This document shows, one piece after another, positions 19,994 through 32,400 of a stretch of DNA of 64,000 nucleotides (position 1 is the stretch's first letter; every line of letters starts with the position of its first letter). Source of the DNA: Euglena gracilis (Eukaryota); NCBI GenBank assembly GCA_039621445.1, contig CP154954.1, positions 36,069,703 through 36,133,702 of the forward strand, written 5' to 3'. The position numbers and the translations under genes were made by a program. A model generated the notes under the pieces. The model was not told the origin of the DNA. It worked only from the letters and a program-made list of their open reading frames with translations, and ran no database searches.

Positions 19994-20004
19994 GGGAAGG
20001 GGAG
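19994..20004 (+). promoter_or_regulatory. Element 1 polypurine tract GGGAAGGGGAG
   Basis: 11 purines abutting the 3' LTR. Confidence 0.9.
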
Positions 20005-20484
20005 TGTGAGTCAGGGGTGCTGAGTGCCCAAAACAACATAACCTAACCCAACCCAACCTGATGACTCTGCAGTTAGGATTAGGAAAATCTTATTAGGAAT
20101 TATTAGCAGCTGACCCCATTTGTCTGCACAGGGCTCTGTCTTGTGTTTGTCTGTTTCAAGTTCAAGAATTGAATTATATTGGTGGCAATTATCATTCTTA
20201 CCTGGACATTTCGTGGTTCATTACATTGGTGCTGGATTTGGAATTGCTGAATTGCTTGTATTGTGCTATTGGTCTTGTGGATTTTTTTATCAAAAAGGAA
20301 AGGTGTGAGCCAACCAACCCACCTGTTTTCATCAAAAAAACCCACCAAAAACAAAGAAAATGCAATTTTTGAAACAGGCCGCGAGGGGAATTGAAAACAC
20401 CCTGGGCAGGGTTAAAGATCCTACGCAACGGGGTGCCGGCCCCGAGGAACTGGAAACCCCAGGGCGGGCACCACGAATACAACA
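20005..20484 (+). repeat. Element 1 3' LTR (480 bp)
   Basis: Direct repeat of 458-937. Confidence 0.95.
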
Positions 20485-23400
20485 CGGGGGACATTTACCA
20501 GGTCAGCCCAGGTTACCGTGTAAAAATGCACCAAAAAGGGCCTTACTCCGAGTAACCGAATGGGTGTTCCAGGAGGCCTCCAAAGTCAGGGGACCCGTTG
20601 GTTTCATGATTGTCGTGGTTTAATGGTAAGAAAAAACAGACAGAGGGGCGGCTCGCTTGGCCGGGGCATGCTGCCAGGACGACCCCCATTCGGCACAAGC
20701 CATCAGGAGCAGGCAGAAGTTGGTTACAAGAAATGAGCACATTTAGATGGGTGCATTCGACCATTCCGGGGGACATTTACCAGGTCAGCCCAGGTTACCA
20801 TGTAAAAATGGACCAAATTGGGCCTTACTCCGAGTAACCGAATGGGTGTTCCAGGAGGCCTCCAAAGTCAGGGGACCCGTTGGTTTCATGATTGTCGTGG
20901 TTTAATGGTAAGAAAAACATGCAGCGGGAATGTTGGTTGCAAGAAATGAGCACATTTAGATGGGTGCATTCGACCATTCCGGGGGACATTTACCAGGTCA
21001 GCCCAGGTTACCATGTAAAAATGGACCAAATTGGGCCTTACTCCGAGTAACCGAATGGGTGTTCCAGGAGGCCTCCAAAGTCAGGGGACCCGTTGGTTTC
21101 ATGATTGTCGTGGTTTAATGGTAAGAAAAACATGCAGCGGGAATGTTGGTTGCAAGAAATGAGCAGATTTAGATGGGTGCATTCGACCATTCCGGGGGAC
21201 ATTTACCAGGTCAGCCCAGGTTACCATGTAAAAATGGACCAAATTGGGCCTTACTCCGAGTAACCGAATGGGTGTTCCAGGAGGCCTCCAAAGTCAGGGG
21301 ACCCGTTGGTTTCATGATTGTCGTGGTTTAATGGTAAGAAAAACATGCAGCGGGAATGTTGGTTGCAAGAAATGAGCACATTTAGATGGGTGCATTCGAC
21401 CATTCCGGGGGACATTTACCAGGTCAGCCCAGGTTACCATGTAAAAATGGACCAAATTGGGCCTTACTCCGAGTAACCGAATGGGTGTTCCAGGAGGCCT
21501 CCAAAGTCAGGGGACCCGTTGGTTTCATGATTGTCGTGGTTTAATGGTAAGAAAAACATGCAGCCGGAAGGTTGGTTGCAAGAAATGAGCAGATTTAGAT
21601 GGGTGCATTCGACCATTCCGGGGGACATTTACCAGGTCAGCCCAGGTTACCATGTAAAAATGGACCAAATTGGGCCTTACTCCGAGTAACCGAATGGGTG
21701 TTCCAGGAGGCCTCCAAAGTCAGGGGACCCGTTGGTTTCATGATTGTCGTGGTTTAATGGTAAGAAAAACATGCAGCCGGAAGGTTGGTTGCAAGAAATG
21801 AGCAGATTTAGATGGGTGCATTCGACCATTCCGGGGGACATTTACCAGGTCAGCCCAGGTTACCATGTAAAAATGGACCAAATTGGGCCTTACTCCGAGT
21901 AACCGAATGGGTGTTCCAGGAGGCCTCCAAAGTCAGGGGACCCGTTGGTTTCATGATTGTCGTGGTTTAATGGTAAGAAAACATGCAGCCGGAAGGTTGG
22001 TTGCAAGAAATGAGCACATTTAGATGGGTGCATTCGACCATTCCGGGGGACATTTACCAGGTCAGCCCAGGTTACCATGTAAAAATGGACCAAATTGGGC
22101 CTTACTCCGAGTAACCGAATGGGTGTTCCAGGAGGCCTCCAAAGTCAGGGGACCCGTTGGTTTCATGATTGTCGTGGTTTAATGGTAAGAAAAACATGCA
22201 GCCGGAAGGTTGGTTGCAAGAAATGAGCAGATTTAGATGGGTGCATTCGACCATTCCGGGGGACATTTACCAGGTCAGCCCAGGTTACCATGTAAAAATG
22301 GACCAATTGGGCCTTACTCCGAGTAACCGAATGGGTGTTCCAGGAGGCCTCCAAAGTCAGGGGACCCGTTGGTTTCATGATTGTCGTGGTTTAATGGTAA
22401 GAAAAACATGCAGCCGAAAGGTTGGTTGCAAGAAATGAGCAGATTTAGATGGGTGCATTCGACCATTCCGGGGGACATTTACCAGGTCAGCCCAGGTTAC
22501 CATGTAAAAATGGACCAAATTGGGCCTTACTCCGAGTAACCGAATGGGTGTTCCAGGAGGCCTCCAAAGTCAGGGGACCCGTTGGTTTCATGATTGTCGT
22601 GGTTTAATGGTAAGAAAAACATGCAGCGGGAATGTTGGTTGCAAGAAATGAGCACATTTAGATGGGTGCATTCGACCATTCCGGGGGACATTTACCAGGT
22701 CAGCCCAGGTTACCATGTAAAAATGGACCAAATTGGGCCTTACTCCGAGTAACCGAATGGGTGTTCCAGGAGGCCTCCAAAGTCAGGGGACCCGTTGGTT
22801 TCATGATTGTCGTGGTTTAATGGTAAGAAAAACATGCAGCGGGAATGTTGGTTGCAAGAAATGAGCACATTTAGATGGGTGCATTCGACCATTCCGGGGG
22901 ACATTTACCAGGTCAGCCCAGGTTACCATGTAAAAATGGACCAAATTGGGCCTTACTCCGAGTAACCGAATGGGTGTTCCAGGAGGCCTCCAAAGTCAGG
23001 GGACCCGTTGGTTTCATGATTGTCGTGGTTTAATGGTAAGAAAAACATGCAGCCGGAAGGTTGGTTGCAAGAAATGAGCAGATTTAGATGGGTGCATTCG
23101 ACCATTCCGGGGGACATTTACCAGGTCAGCCCAGGTTACCATGTAAAAATGGACCAAATTGGGCCTTACTCCGAGTAACCGAATGGGTGTTCCAGGAGGC
23201 CTCCAAAGTCAAAGGACCCCTTGGTTTCATGATTGTCGTGGTTTAATGGTAAGAAAGACATGCAGCGGGAATGTTGGTTGCAAGAAATGAGCAGATTTAG
23301 ATGGGTGCATTCGACCATTCCGGGGGACATTTACCAGGTCAGCCCAGGTTACCATGTAAAAATGGACCAAATTGGGCCTTACTCCGAGTAACCGAATGGG

Positions 23401-26400
23401 TGTTCCAGGAGGCCTCCAAAGTCAGGGGACCCGTTGGTTTCATGATTGTCGTGGTTTAATGGTAAGAAAAACATGCAGCCGGAAGGTTGGTTGCAAGAAA
23501 TGAGCAGATTTAGATGGGTGCATTCGACCATTCCGGGGGACATTTACCAGGTCAGCCCAGGTTACCATGTAAAAATGGACCAAATTGGGCCTTACTCCGA
23601 GTAACCGAATGGGTGTTCCAGGAGGCCTCCAAAGTCAGGGGACCCGTTGGTTTCATGATTGTCGTGGTTTAATGGTAAGAAAAACATGCAGCCGGAAGGT
23701 TGGTTGCAAGAAATGAGCAGATTTAGATGGGTGCATTCGACCATTCCGGGGGACATTTACCAGGTCAGCCCAGGTTACCATGTAAAAATGGACCAAATTG
23801 GGCCTTACTCCGAGTAACCGAATGGGTGTTCCAGGAGGCCTCCAAAGTCAGGGGACCCGTTGGTTTCATGATTGTCGTGGTTTAATGGTAGAAAAAACAT
23901 GCAGCCGGAAGGTTGGTTGCAAGAAATGAGCAGATTTAGATGGGTGCATTCGACCATTCCGGGGGACATTTACCAGGTCAGCCCAGGTTACCATGTAAAA
24001 ATGGACCAAATTGGGCCTTACTCCGAGTAACCGAATGGGTGTTCCAGGAGGCCTCCAAAGTCAGGGGACCCGTTGGTTTCATGATTGTCGTTGTTTAATG
24101 GTAAGAAAAACATGCAGCCGGAAGGTTGGTTGCAAGAAATGAGCAGATTTAGATGGGTGCATTCGACCATTCCGGGGGACATTTACCAGGTCAGCCCAGG
24201 TTACCATGTAAAAATGGACCAAATTGGGCCTTACTCCGAGTAACCGAATGGGTGTTCCAGGAGGCCTCCAAAGTCAGGGGACCCGTTGGTTTCATGATTG
24301 TCGTGGTTTAATGGTAAGAAAACATGCAGCGGGAATGTTGGTTGCAAGAAATGAGCACATTTAGATGGGTGCATTCGACCATTCCGGGGGACATTTACCA
24401 GGTCAGCCCAGGTTACCATGTAAAAATGGACCAAATTGGGCCTTACTCCGAGTAACCGAATGGGTGTTCCAGGAGGCCTCCAAAGTCAGGGGACCCGTTG
24501 GTTTCATGATTGTCGTGGTTTAATGGTAAGAAAGACATGCAGCGGGAATGTTGGTTGCAAGAAATGAGCAGATTTAGATGGGTGCATTCGACCATTCCGG
24601 GGGACATTTACCAGGTCAGCCCAGGTTACCATGTAAAAATGGACCAAATTGGGCCTTACTCCGAGTAACCGAATGGGTGTTCCAGGAGGCCTCCAAAGTC
24701 AGGGGACCCGTTGGTTTCATGATTGTCGTGGTTTAATGGTAAGAAAGACATGCAGCGGGAATGTTGGTTGCAAGAAATGAGCAGATTTAGATGGGTGCAT
24801 TCGACCATTCCGGGGGACATTTACCAGGTCAGCCCAGGTTACCATGTAAAAATGGACCAAATTGGGCCTTACTCCGAGTTACCGAATGGGTGTTCCAGGA
24901 GGCCTCCAAAGTCAGGGGACCCGTTGGTTTCATGATTGTCGTGGTTTAATGGTAAGAAAAACATGCAGCGGGAGTGTTGGTTGCAAGAAATGAGCACATT
25001 TAGATGGGTGCATTCGACCATTCCGGGGGACATTTACCAGGTCAGCCCAGGTTACCATGTAAAAATGGACCAAATTGGGCCTTACTCCGAGTAACCGAAT
25101 GGGTGTTCCAGGAGGCCTCCAAAGTCAGGGGACCCGTTGGTTTCATGATTGTCGTGGTTTAATGGTAAGAAAAACATGCATCCGGAAGGTTGGTTGCAAG
25201 AAATGAGCAGATTTAGATGGGTGCATTCGACCATTCCGGGGGACATTTACCAGGTCGGCCTACTCCGAGAAACCGAATGGGTGCTCCAGGAGGCCTCCAA
25301 AGTTAGGGGACCCGTTGGTTTCATGATTGTCGTGGTTTAATGGTAAGAAAAACATGCGTGAATGTTGGTTGCAAGAAATGAGCAGATTTAGATGGGTGCA
25401 TTCGACCATTCCGGGGGACATTTACCAGGTCAGCCCAGGTTACCATGTAAAAATGGACCAAATTGGGCCTTACTCCGAGTTACCGAATGGGTGTTCCAGG
25501 AGGCCTCCAAAGTCAGGGGACCCGTTGGTTTCATGATTGTCGTGGTTTAATGGTAAGAAAAACATGCAGCGGGAAGGTTGGTTGCAAGAAATGAGCAGAT
25601 TTAGATGGGTGCATTCGACCATTCCGGGGGACATTTACCAGGTCAGCCCAGGTTACCATGTAAAAATGGACCAAATTGGGCCGTACTCCGAGTTACCGAA
25701 TGGGTGTTCCAGGAGGCCTCCAAAGTCGGGGGGGCCGTTCGTTTCATGATTGTCGTGGTTTAATGGTAAGAAAAAAATGCGGCGGGAAGGTTGGTTGCAA
25801 GAAATGAGCAGATTTAGATGGGTGCATTCGACCATTCCGGGGGACATTTACCAGGTCAGCCCAGGTTACCATGTAAAAATGGACCAAATTGGGCCTTACT
25901 CCGAGTTACCGAATGGGTGTTCCAGGAGGCCTCCAAAGTCAGGGGACCCGTTGGTTTCATGATTGCCGTGGATTAATGGTAAGAAAAACAGACAGCTGGG
26001 CCTGCCTTAGCTTGGCCGTGGGCATTGCTTCCAGGACCGACCTCTCGGACACCCAGCCCATCAGGAGCAGCCAGAATGTTGGTTGCAAGAAATGAGCAGA
26101 TTTAGATGGGTGCATTCGACCATTCCGGGGGACATTTACCAGGTCAGCCCAGGTTACCATGTAAAAATGGACCAAATTGGGCCTTACTCCGAGTTACCGA
26201 ATGGGTGTTCCAGGAGGCCTCCAAAGTCAGGGGACCCGTTGGTTTCATGATTGTCGTGGTTTAATGGTAAGAAAAACATGCAGCAGGAATGTTGGTTGCA
26301 AGAAATGAGCAGATTTAGATGGGTGCATTCGACCATTCCGGGGGACATTTACCAGGTCAGCCCAGGTTACCATGTAAAAATTGACCAAATTGGGCCTTAC

Positions 26401-29400
26401 TCCGAGTTACCGAATGGGTGTTCCAGGAGGCCTCCAAAGTCAGGGGACCCGTTGGTTTCATGATTGTCGTGGTTTAATGGTAAGAAAAACATGCAGCGGG
26501 AATGTTGGTTGCAAGAAATGAGCACATTTAGATGGGTGCATTCGACCATTCCGGGGGACATTTACCAGGTCAGCCCAGGTTACCATGTAAAAATGGACCA
26601 AATTGGGCCTTACTCCGAGTAACCGAATGGGTGTTCCAGGAGGCCTCCAAAGTCAGGGGACCCGTTGGTTTCATGATTGTCGTGGTTTAATGGTAAGAAA
26701 GACATGCAGCCGGAAGGTTGGTTGCAAGAAATGAGCAGATTTAGATGGGTGCATTCGACCATTCCGGGGGACATTTACCAGGTCAGCCCAGGTTACCATG
26801 AAAAAATGGACCAAATTGGGCCTTACTCCGAGTTACCGAATGGGTGTTCCAGGAGGCCTCCAAAGTCAGGGGACCCGTTGGTTTCATGATTGTCGTGGTT
26901 TAATGGTAAGAAAAACATGCAGCCGGAAGGTTGGTTGCAAGAAATGAGCAGATTTAGATGGGTGCATTCGACCATTCCGGGGGACACTTACCAGGTCAGC
27001 CCAGGTTACCATGTAAAAATGGACCAAATTGGGCCTTACTCCGAGTTACCGAATGGTTGTTCCAGGAGGCCTCCAAAGTCAGGGGACCCATTGGTTTCAT
27101 GATTGTTGTGGTTTAATGGTAAGAAAAACATGCAGCGGGAATGTTGGTTGCAAGAAATGAGCAGATTTAGATGGGTGCATTCGACCATTCCGGGGGACAT
27201 TTACCAGGTCAGCCCAGGTTACCATGTAAAAATGGACCAAATTGGGCCTTACTCCGAGTAACCGAATGGGTGTTCCAGGAGGCCTCCAAAGTCAGGGGAC
27301 CCGTTGGTTTCATGATTGTCGTGGTTTAATGGTAAGAAAAACATGCAGCGGGAAGGTTGGTTGCAAGAAATGAGCAGATTTAGATGGGTGCATTCGACCA
27401 TTCCGGGGGACATTTACCAGGTCAGCCCAGGTTACCATGTAAAAATGGACCAAATTGGGCCTTACTCCGAGTTACCGAATGGGTGTTCCAGGAGGCCTCC
27501 AAAGTCGGGGGGCCCGTTCGTTTCATGATTGTCGTGGTTTAATGGTAAGAAAAACATGCAGCGGGAAGGTTGGTTGCAAGAAATGAGCAGATTTAGATGG
27601 GTGCATTCGACCATTCCGGGGGACATTTACCAGGTCAGCCCAGGTTACCATGTAAAAATGGACCAAATTGGGCCTTACTCCGAGTTACCGAATGGGTGTT
27701 CCAGGAGGCCTCCAAAGTCAGGGGACCCGTTGGTTTCATGATTGTCGTGGATTAATGATAAGAAAAACAGACAGCTGGGCCTGCCTTAGCTTGGCCGTGG
27801 GCATCGCTTCCAGGACCGACCTCTCGGACACGCAGCCCATCAGGAGCAGCCAGAATGTTGGTTGCAAGAAATGAGCAGATTTAGATGGGTGCATTCGGTA
27901 AGAAAAACAGGCAGCGGGAAGGTTTGCTGCAATAAATCAGCACAACTAGCAGGGTGCACTCGACCATTCCGGGGGACATTTACCCAGTCAACCCACGTTA
28001 CCATGTAAAAATGGACCAAAATGGGCCTTACTCCGAGTAACTGAATGGGTGTTCCAGGAGGCCTCCAAAGTCAGGGGACCCGTTGGTTTCATGATGGTCG
28101 TGGTTTAATGGTAAGAAAAACATGCGGCGGGAATGTTGGTTGCAAGAAATGAGCACATTTAGATGGGTGCGTTCGACCGTTCCGGGAGACATTTTCCAGG
28201 TCAGCCCAGGTTACCATGTAAAAATGGACCAAATTGGGCCTTACTCCGAGTAACCGAATGGGTGTTCCAGGAGGCCTCCAAAGTCAGGGGACCCGTTGGT
28301 TTCATGATTGTCGTGGTTTAATGGTAAGGAAAATATGCAGCGGGAGTGTTGGTTTACTAGAAGTGAACACATTTAGACGGGTGCATTCGACCATTCCGGG
28401 GGACATTCACCAGGTCAGCACAGGTTACCATGTAAAAATGGACCAAAATGGGCCTTACTCCGAGTAACCGAATGGGTGTTCCAGGAGGCCTCCAAAGTCA
28501 GGGTACCCGTTGATTTCATGATTTTCGTGGTTTAATTGTAAAAAAAACATGCAGCAGGAGTGTTGGTTGCAAGAAATGAGCACATTTAGATGGGTGCATT
28601 CGACCTTTCCGGGGAACATTTACCAGGTCAGCCCAGGTTACCCTGTAAAAATGGACCAAATTGGGCCTTACTCCGACTAACCGAATGGGTGTACCAGGAG
28701 GCCACCAAAGTCAGGGGACCCGTTGGTTTCATGACTGTCCTGGTTTAATGGTAAGAAAAACATGCAGCGGGAATGTTGGTTGCAGGAAATGAGCACATTT
28801 AGATGTGTGAATTCGACCATTCCGGGGGACATTTTCCAGGTCAGCCCAGGTTACCATGTAAAAATGGAGCAAATTGGGACTTACTCCGAGTAACCGAATG
28901 GGTGTTCCAGGAGGCCTCCAAAGTCAAGGGATCCGCTGGTTTCATGATTGCCGTGGTTTAATGGTAAAAAAAACATGCAGCGGGAATGTTGGTTGCAAGA
29001 AATGAGCACATTTAGATGGGTGCATTCGACAATACCGCGGGATATTTACCAGGCCACCCCGGGTTACCATGTAATAATGGACCAAAATGGGCCTTACTCC
29101 GAGTAACCGAATGAGTGTTCCAGGAGGCCTACAAAGCCAAGGGAGCCCGTTGGTTTCACGATTGTCGTGTTTAAATGGTAAGAGAAACACGCAGCGGGAA
29201 TGTTGCTGACAAGAAATGAGCACAATTAGCTGGGTGCATTCGACCATTCCGGGGGACATTTACCAGGTCAGCCCAGGTTACCATGTAAAAACGGACCAAA
29301 ATGGGCCTTACTCGGAGTAACCGAATGGGTGTTCCGGGAGGCCTCCAAAGCCAGGGGACCCGTTGGTTTCATGGATGTCGTGTTTAATGGTAAGAAAAAC

Positions 29401-32400
29401 ACGCAGCGGGAAGGTTTGTTGCAAGAAATGAGCACAATTAGCAGGGTGCATTCGACCATTCCGGGGGACATTTACCCAGTCAGCCCAGGTTACCATGTAA
29501 AGATGGACCAAAATGGGCCTTACTCCGAGTAACCGAATGGGTGTTCCAGGAGGCCTCCAAAGTCAGGGGACCCGTTGGTTTCATGATTGTCGTGGTTTAA
29601 TGGTAAGAAAAACATGCAGCGGGAATGTTGTTTGCAAGAAATGAGCACATTTAGGTGGGTGCATTCGACCATTCCGGGGGACATTTACCCAGTCAGCCCA
29701 GGTTACCATGTAAAGATGGACCAAAATGGGCCTTACGCCGAGTAACCGATTGGGTGTTCCAGGAGGCCTCCAAAGTCAGGGGACCCGCTGGTTTCATGAT
29801 TGTCGTCGTTTAATGGGAAGAAAAACATGCAGCGGGAATGTTGGTTGCAAGAAATGAGCACATTTAGATGGGTGCATTGGACCATTCCGGGAGACATTTT
29901 CCAAGTCAGCCCAGGTTACCGTGTAAAAATGGACCAAAATGGGCCTTACTCCGAGTAACCGAATGGGTGTTCCAGGAGGCCTCCAAAGTCAGGGGACCCG
30001 TTGGTTTCGTGATTGTCGTGGTTTAATGGTAAGAAAAACATGCAGCGGGAATGTTGGTTGCAAGAAATGAGCACATTTAGATGGGTGCATTGGACCATTC
30101 CGGGAGACATTTTCCAAGTCAGCCCAGGTTACCGTGTAAAAATGGACCAAAATGGGCCTTACTCCGAGTAACCGAATGGGTGTTCCAGGAGGCCTCCAAA
30201 GTCAGGGGACCCGTTGGTTTCATGATTGTCGTGGTTTAATGGTAAAAAAAACATGCAGCGGGAAGGTTTATTGCAAGAAATGAGCACATTTAGAAGGGTG
30301 CATTCGACACTTCCGCGGGATATTTACCAGGTCAGCCCACGTTACCGTGTAAAAACGGACCAAAATGGGCCTTACTCGGAGTAACCGAATGGGTGTTCCA
30401 GGAGGCCTCCAAAGCCAGGGGACCCGTTGGTTTCATGGATGTCGTGGTTTAATGGTAAGAGAAACACGCAGCGGGAATGTTGCTGACAAGAAATGAGCAC
30501 AATTAGCTGGGTGCATTCGACCATTCCGGGGGACATTTACCAAGTCAGCCCAGGTTACCATGTAAAAATGGACCAAAATGGGCCTTACTCCGAGTAACCG
30601 AATATGTGCTCCAGGAGGCCTCCAAAGTCAGGGGGACCCGTTGGTTTCATGGATGTCTTGGTTTAATGGTAAAAAAAACATGCAGCGGGAAGGTTTGTTG
30701 CAAGAAATGAGCACATTTAGAAGGGTGCATTCGACACTTCCGCGGAATATTTACCAGGTCAGCCCACGTTACCGTGTAAAAACGGACCAAAATGGGCCTT
30801 ACTCGGAGTAACCGAATGGGTGTTCCAGGAGGCCTCCAAAGCCAGGGGACCCGTTGGTTTCATGGATGTCGTGGTTTAATGGTAAGAAAAACATGCAGCG
30901 GGAAGGTTTGTCGCAAGAAATGAGCACAATTAGCAGGGTGCATTCGACCATTCCGGGGGACATTTACCCAGTCAACACAGGTTACCATGTAAAAATGGAC
31001 CAAAATGGGCCTTACTCCGAGTAACTGTATGGGTGTTCCAGGAGGCATCCAAAGTCAGGGGACCCGTTGGTTTCATGAATGTCGTGGTTTAATGGTAAGA
31101 AAAACATGCCGCGGGAATGTTGGTTGCAAGAAATGAGCACACTTATGTGGATGCATTCGACCAATCCGGGGGACATTTACCAGGTCAGCCCAGGTTACCA
31201 TGTAAAGATGGACAAAAATTGGCCTTACTCCGAGTAACCGAATGGGTGTTCCAGGAGGCCTCCAAAGTCAGGGGACCCGTTGGTTTCATGATTGTCGTGG
31301 TTTAATGGTAAGAAAAACATGCAGCGGGAATGTTGGTTGCAAGAAATGAGCACATTTAGATGGGTGCATTGGACCATTCCGGGAGACATTTTCCAAGTCA
31401 GCCCAGGTTACCGTGTAAAAATGGACCAAAATGGGCCTTACTCCGAGTAACCGAATGGGTGTTCCAGGAGGCCTCCAAAGTCAGGGGACCCTTTGGTTTC
31501 ATGATTGTCGTGGTGTAATGGTAAGAAAAACATGCAGCGGGAATGTTGGTTGCAAGAAATGAGCACATTTAGATGGGTGCATTGGACCATTCCGGGGGAC
31601 ATTTTCCAGGTCAGCCCAGGTTACCATGTAAAGATGGACCAAAATGGGCCTTACTCCGAGTAACCGAATGGGTGTTCCAGGAGGCCTCCAAAGTCAGGGG
31701 ACCCGTTGGTTTCATGATTGTCGTGGTTTAATGGTAAGAAAAACATGCAGCGGGAATGTTGGTTGCAAGAAATGAGCACATTTAGATGGGTGCATTGGAC
31801 CATTCCGGGAGACATTTTCCAAGTCAGCCCAGGTTACCGTGTAAAAATGGACCAAAATGGGCCTTACTCCGAGTAACCGAATGGGTGTTCCAGGAGGCCT
31901 CCAAAGTCAGGGGACCCGTTGGTTTCGTGATTGTCGTGGTTTAATGGTAAGAAAAACATGCAGCGGGAACGTTGGTTGCAAGAAATGAGCACATTTAGGT
32001 GGGTGCATTCGACCATTCCGGGGGACATTTTCTAGGTCAGCCCAGGTTACCATGTAAAGATGGACCAAAATGGGCCTTACTCCGAGTAACCGAATGGGTG
32101 TTCCAGGAGGCCTCCAAAGTCAGGGGACCCGTTGGTTTCATGATTTTCGTGGTTTAATGGTAAGAAAAACACGCAGCGGGAATGTTGGTTGCAGTGAATG
32201 AGCACATTTAGCTGGTTGCATTCGACCATTCCGGGGGACATTTACCAGGTCAACCCAGGTTACCATGTAAAAACGGACCAAAATGGGCCTTACTCCGAGT
32301 AACCGAATGGGTGTTCCAGGAGGCCTACAAAGCCAAGGGAGCCCGTTGGTTTCACGATTGTCGTGTTTAAATGGTAAGAGAAACACGCAGCGGGAATGTT

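Larger units (their letters stand above)
458..20484 (+). mobile_element. Element 1: Ty3/Gypsy chromodomain-bearing LTR retrotransposon with two DNA methyltransferase domains (12980 bp without nested element 2)
   Basis: TG...CA LTRs at 458-937 and 20005-20484; 4-bp TSD CGGG (454-457, 20485-20488) that restores the satellite unit; PBS and PPT; PR-RT-RH-IN order typical of Gypsy. Confidence 0.95.
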
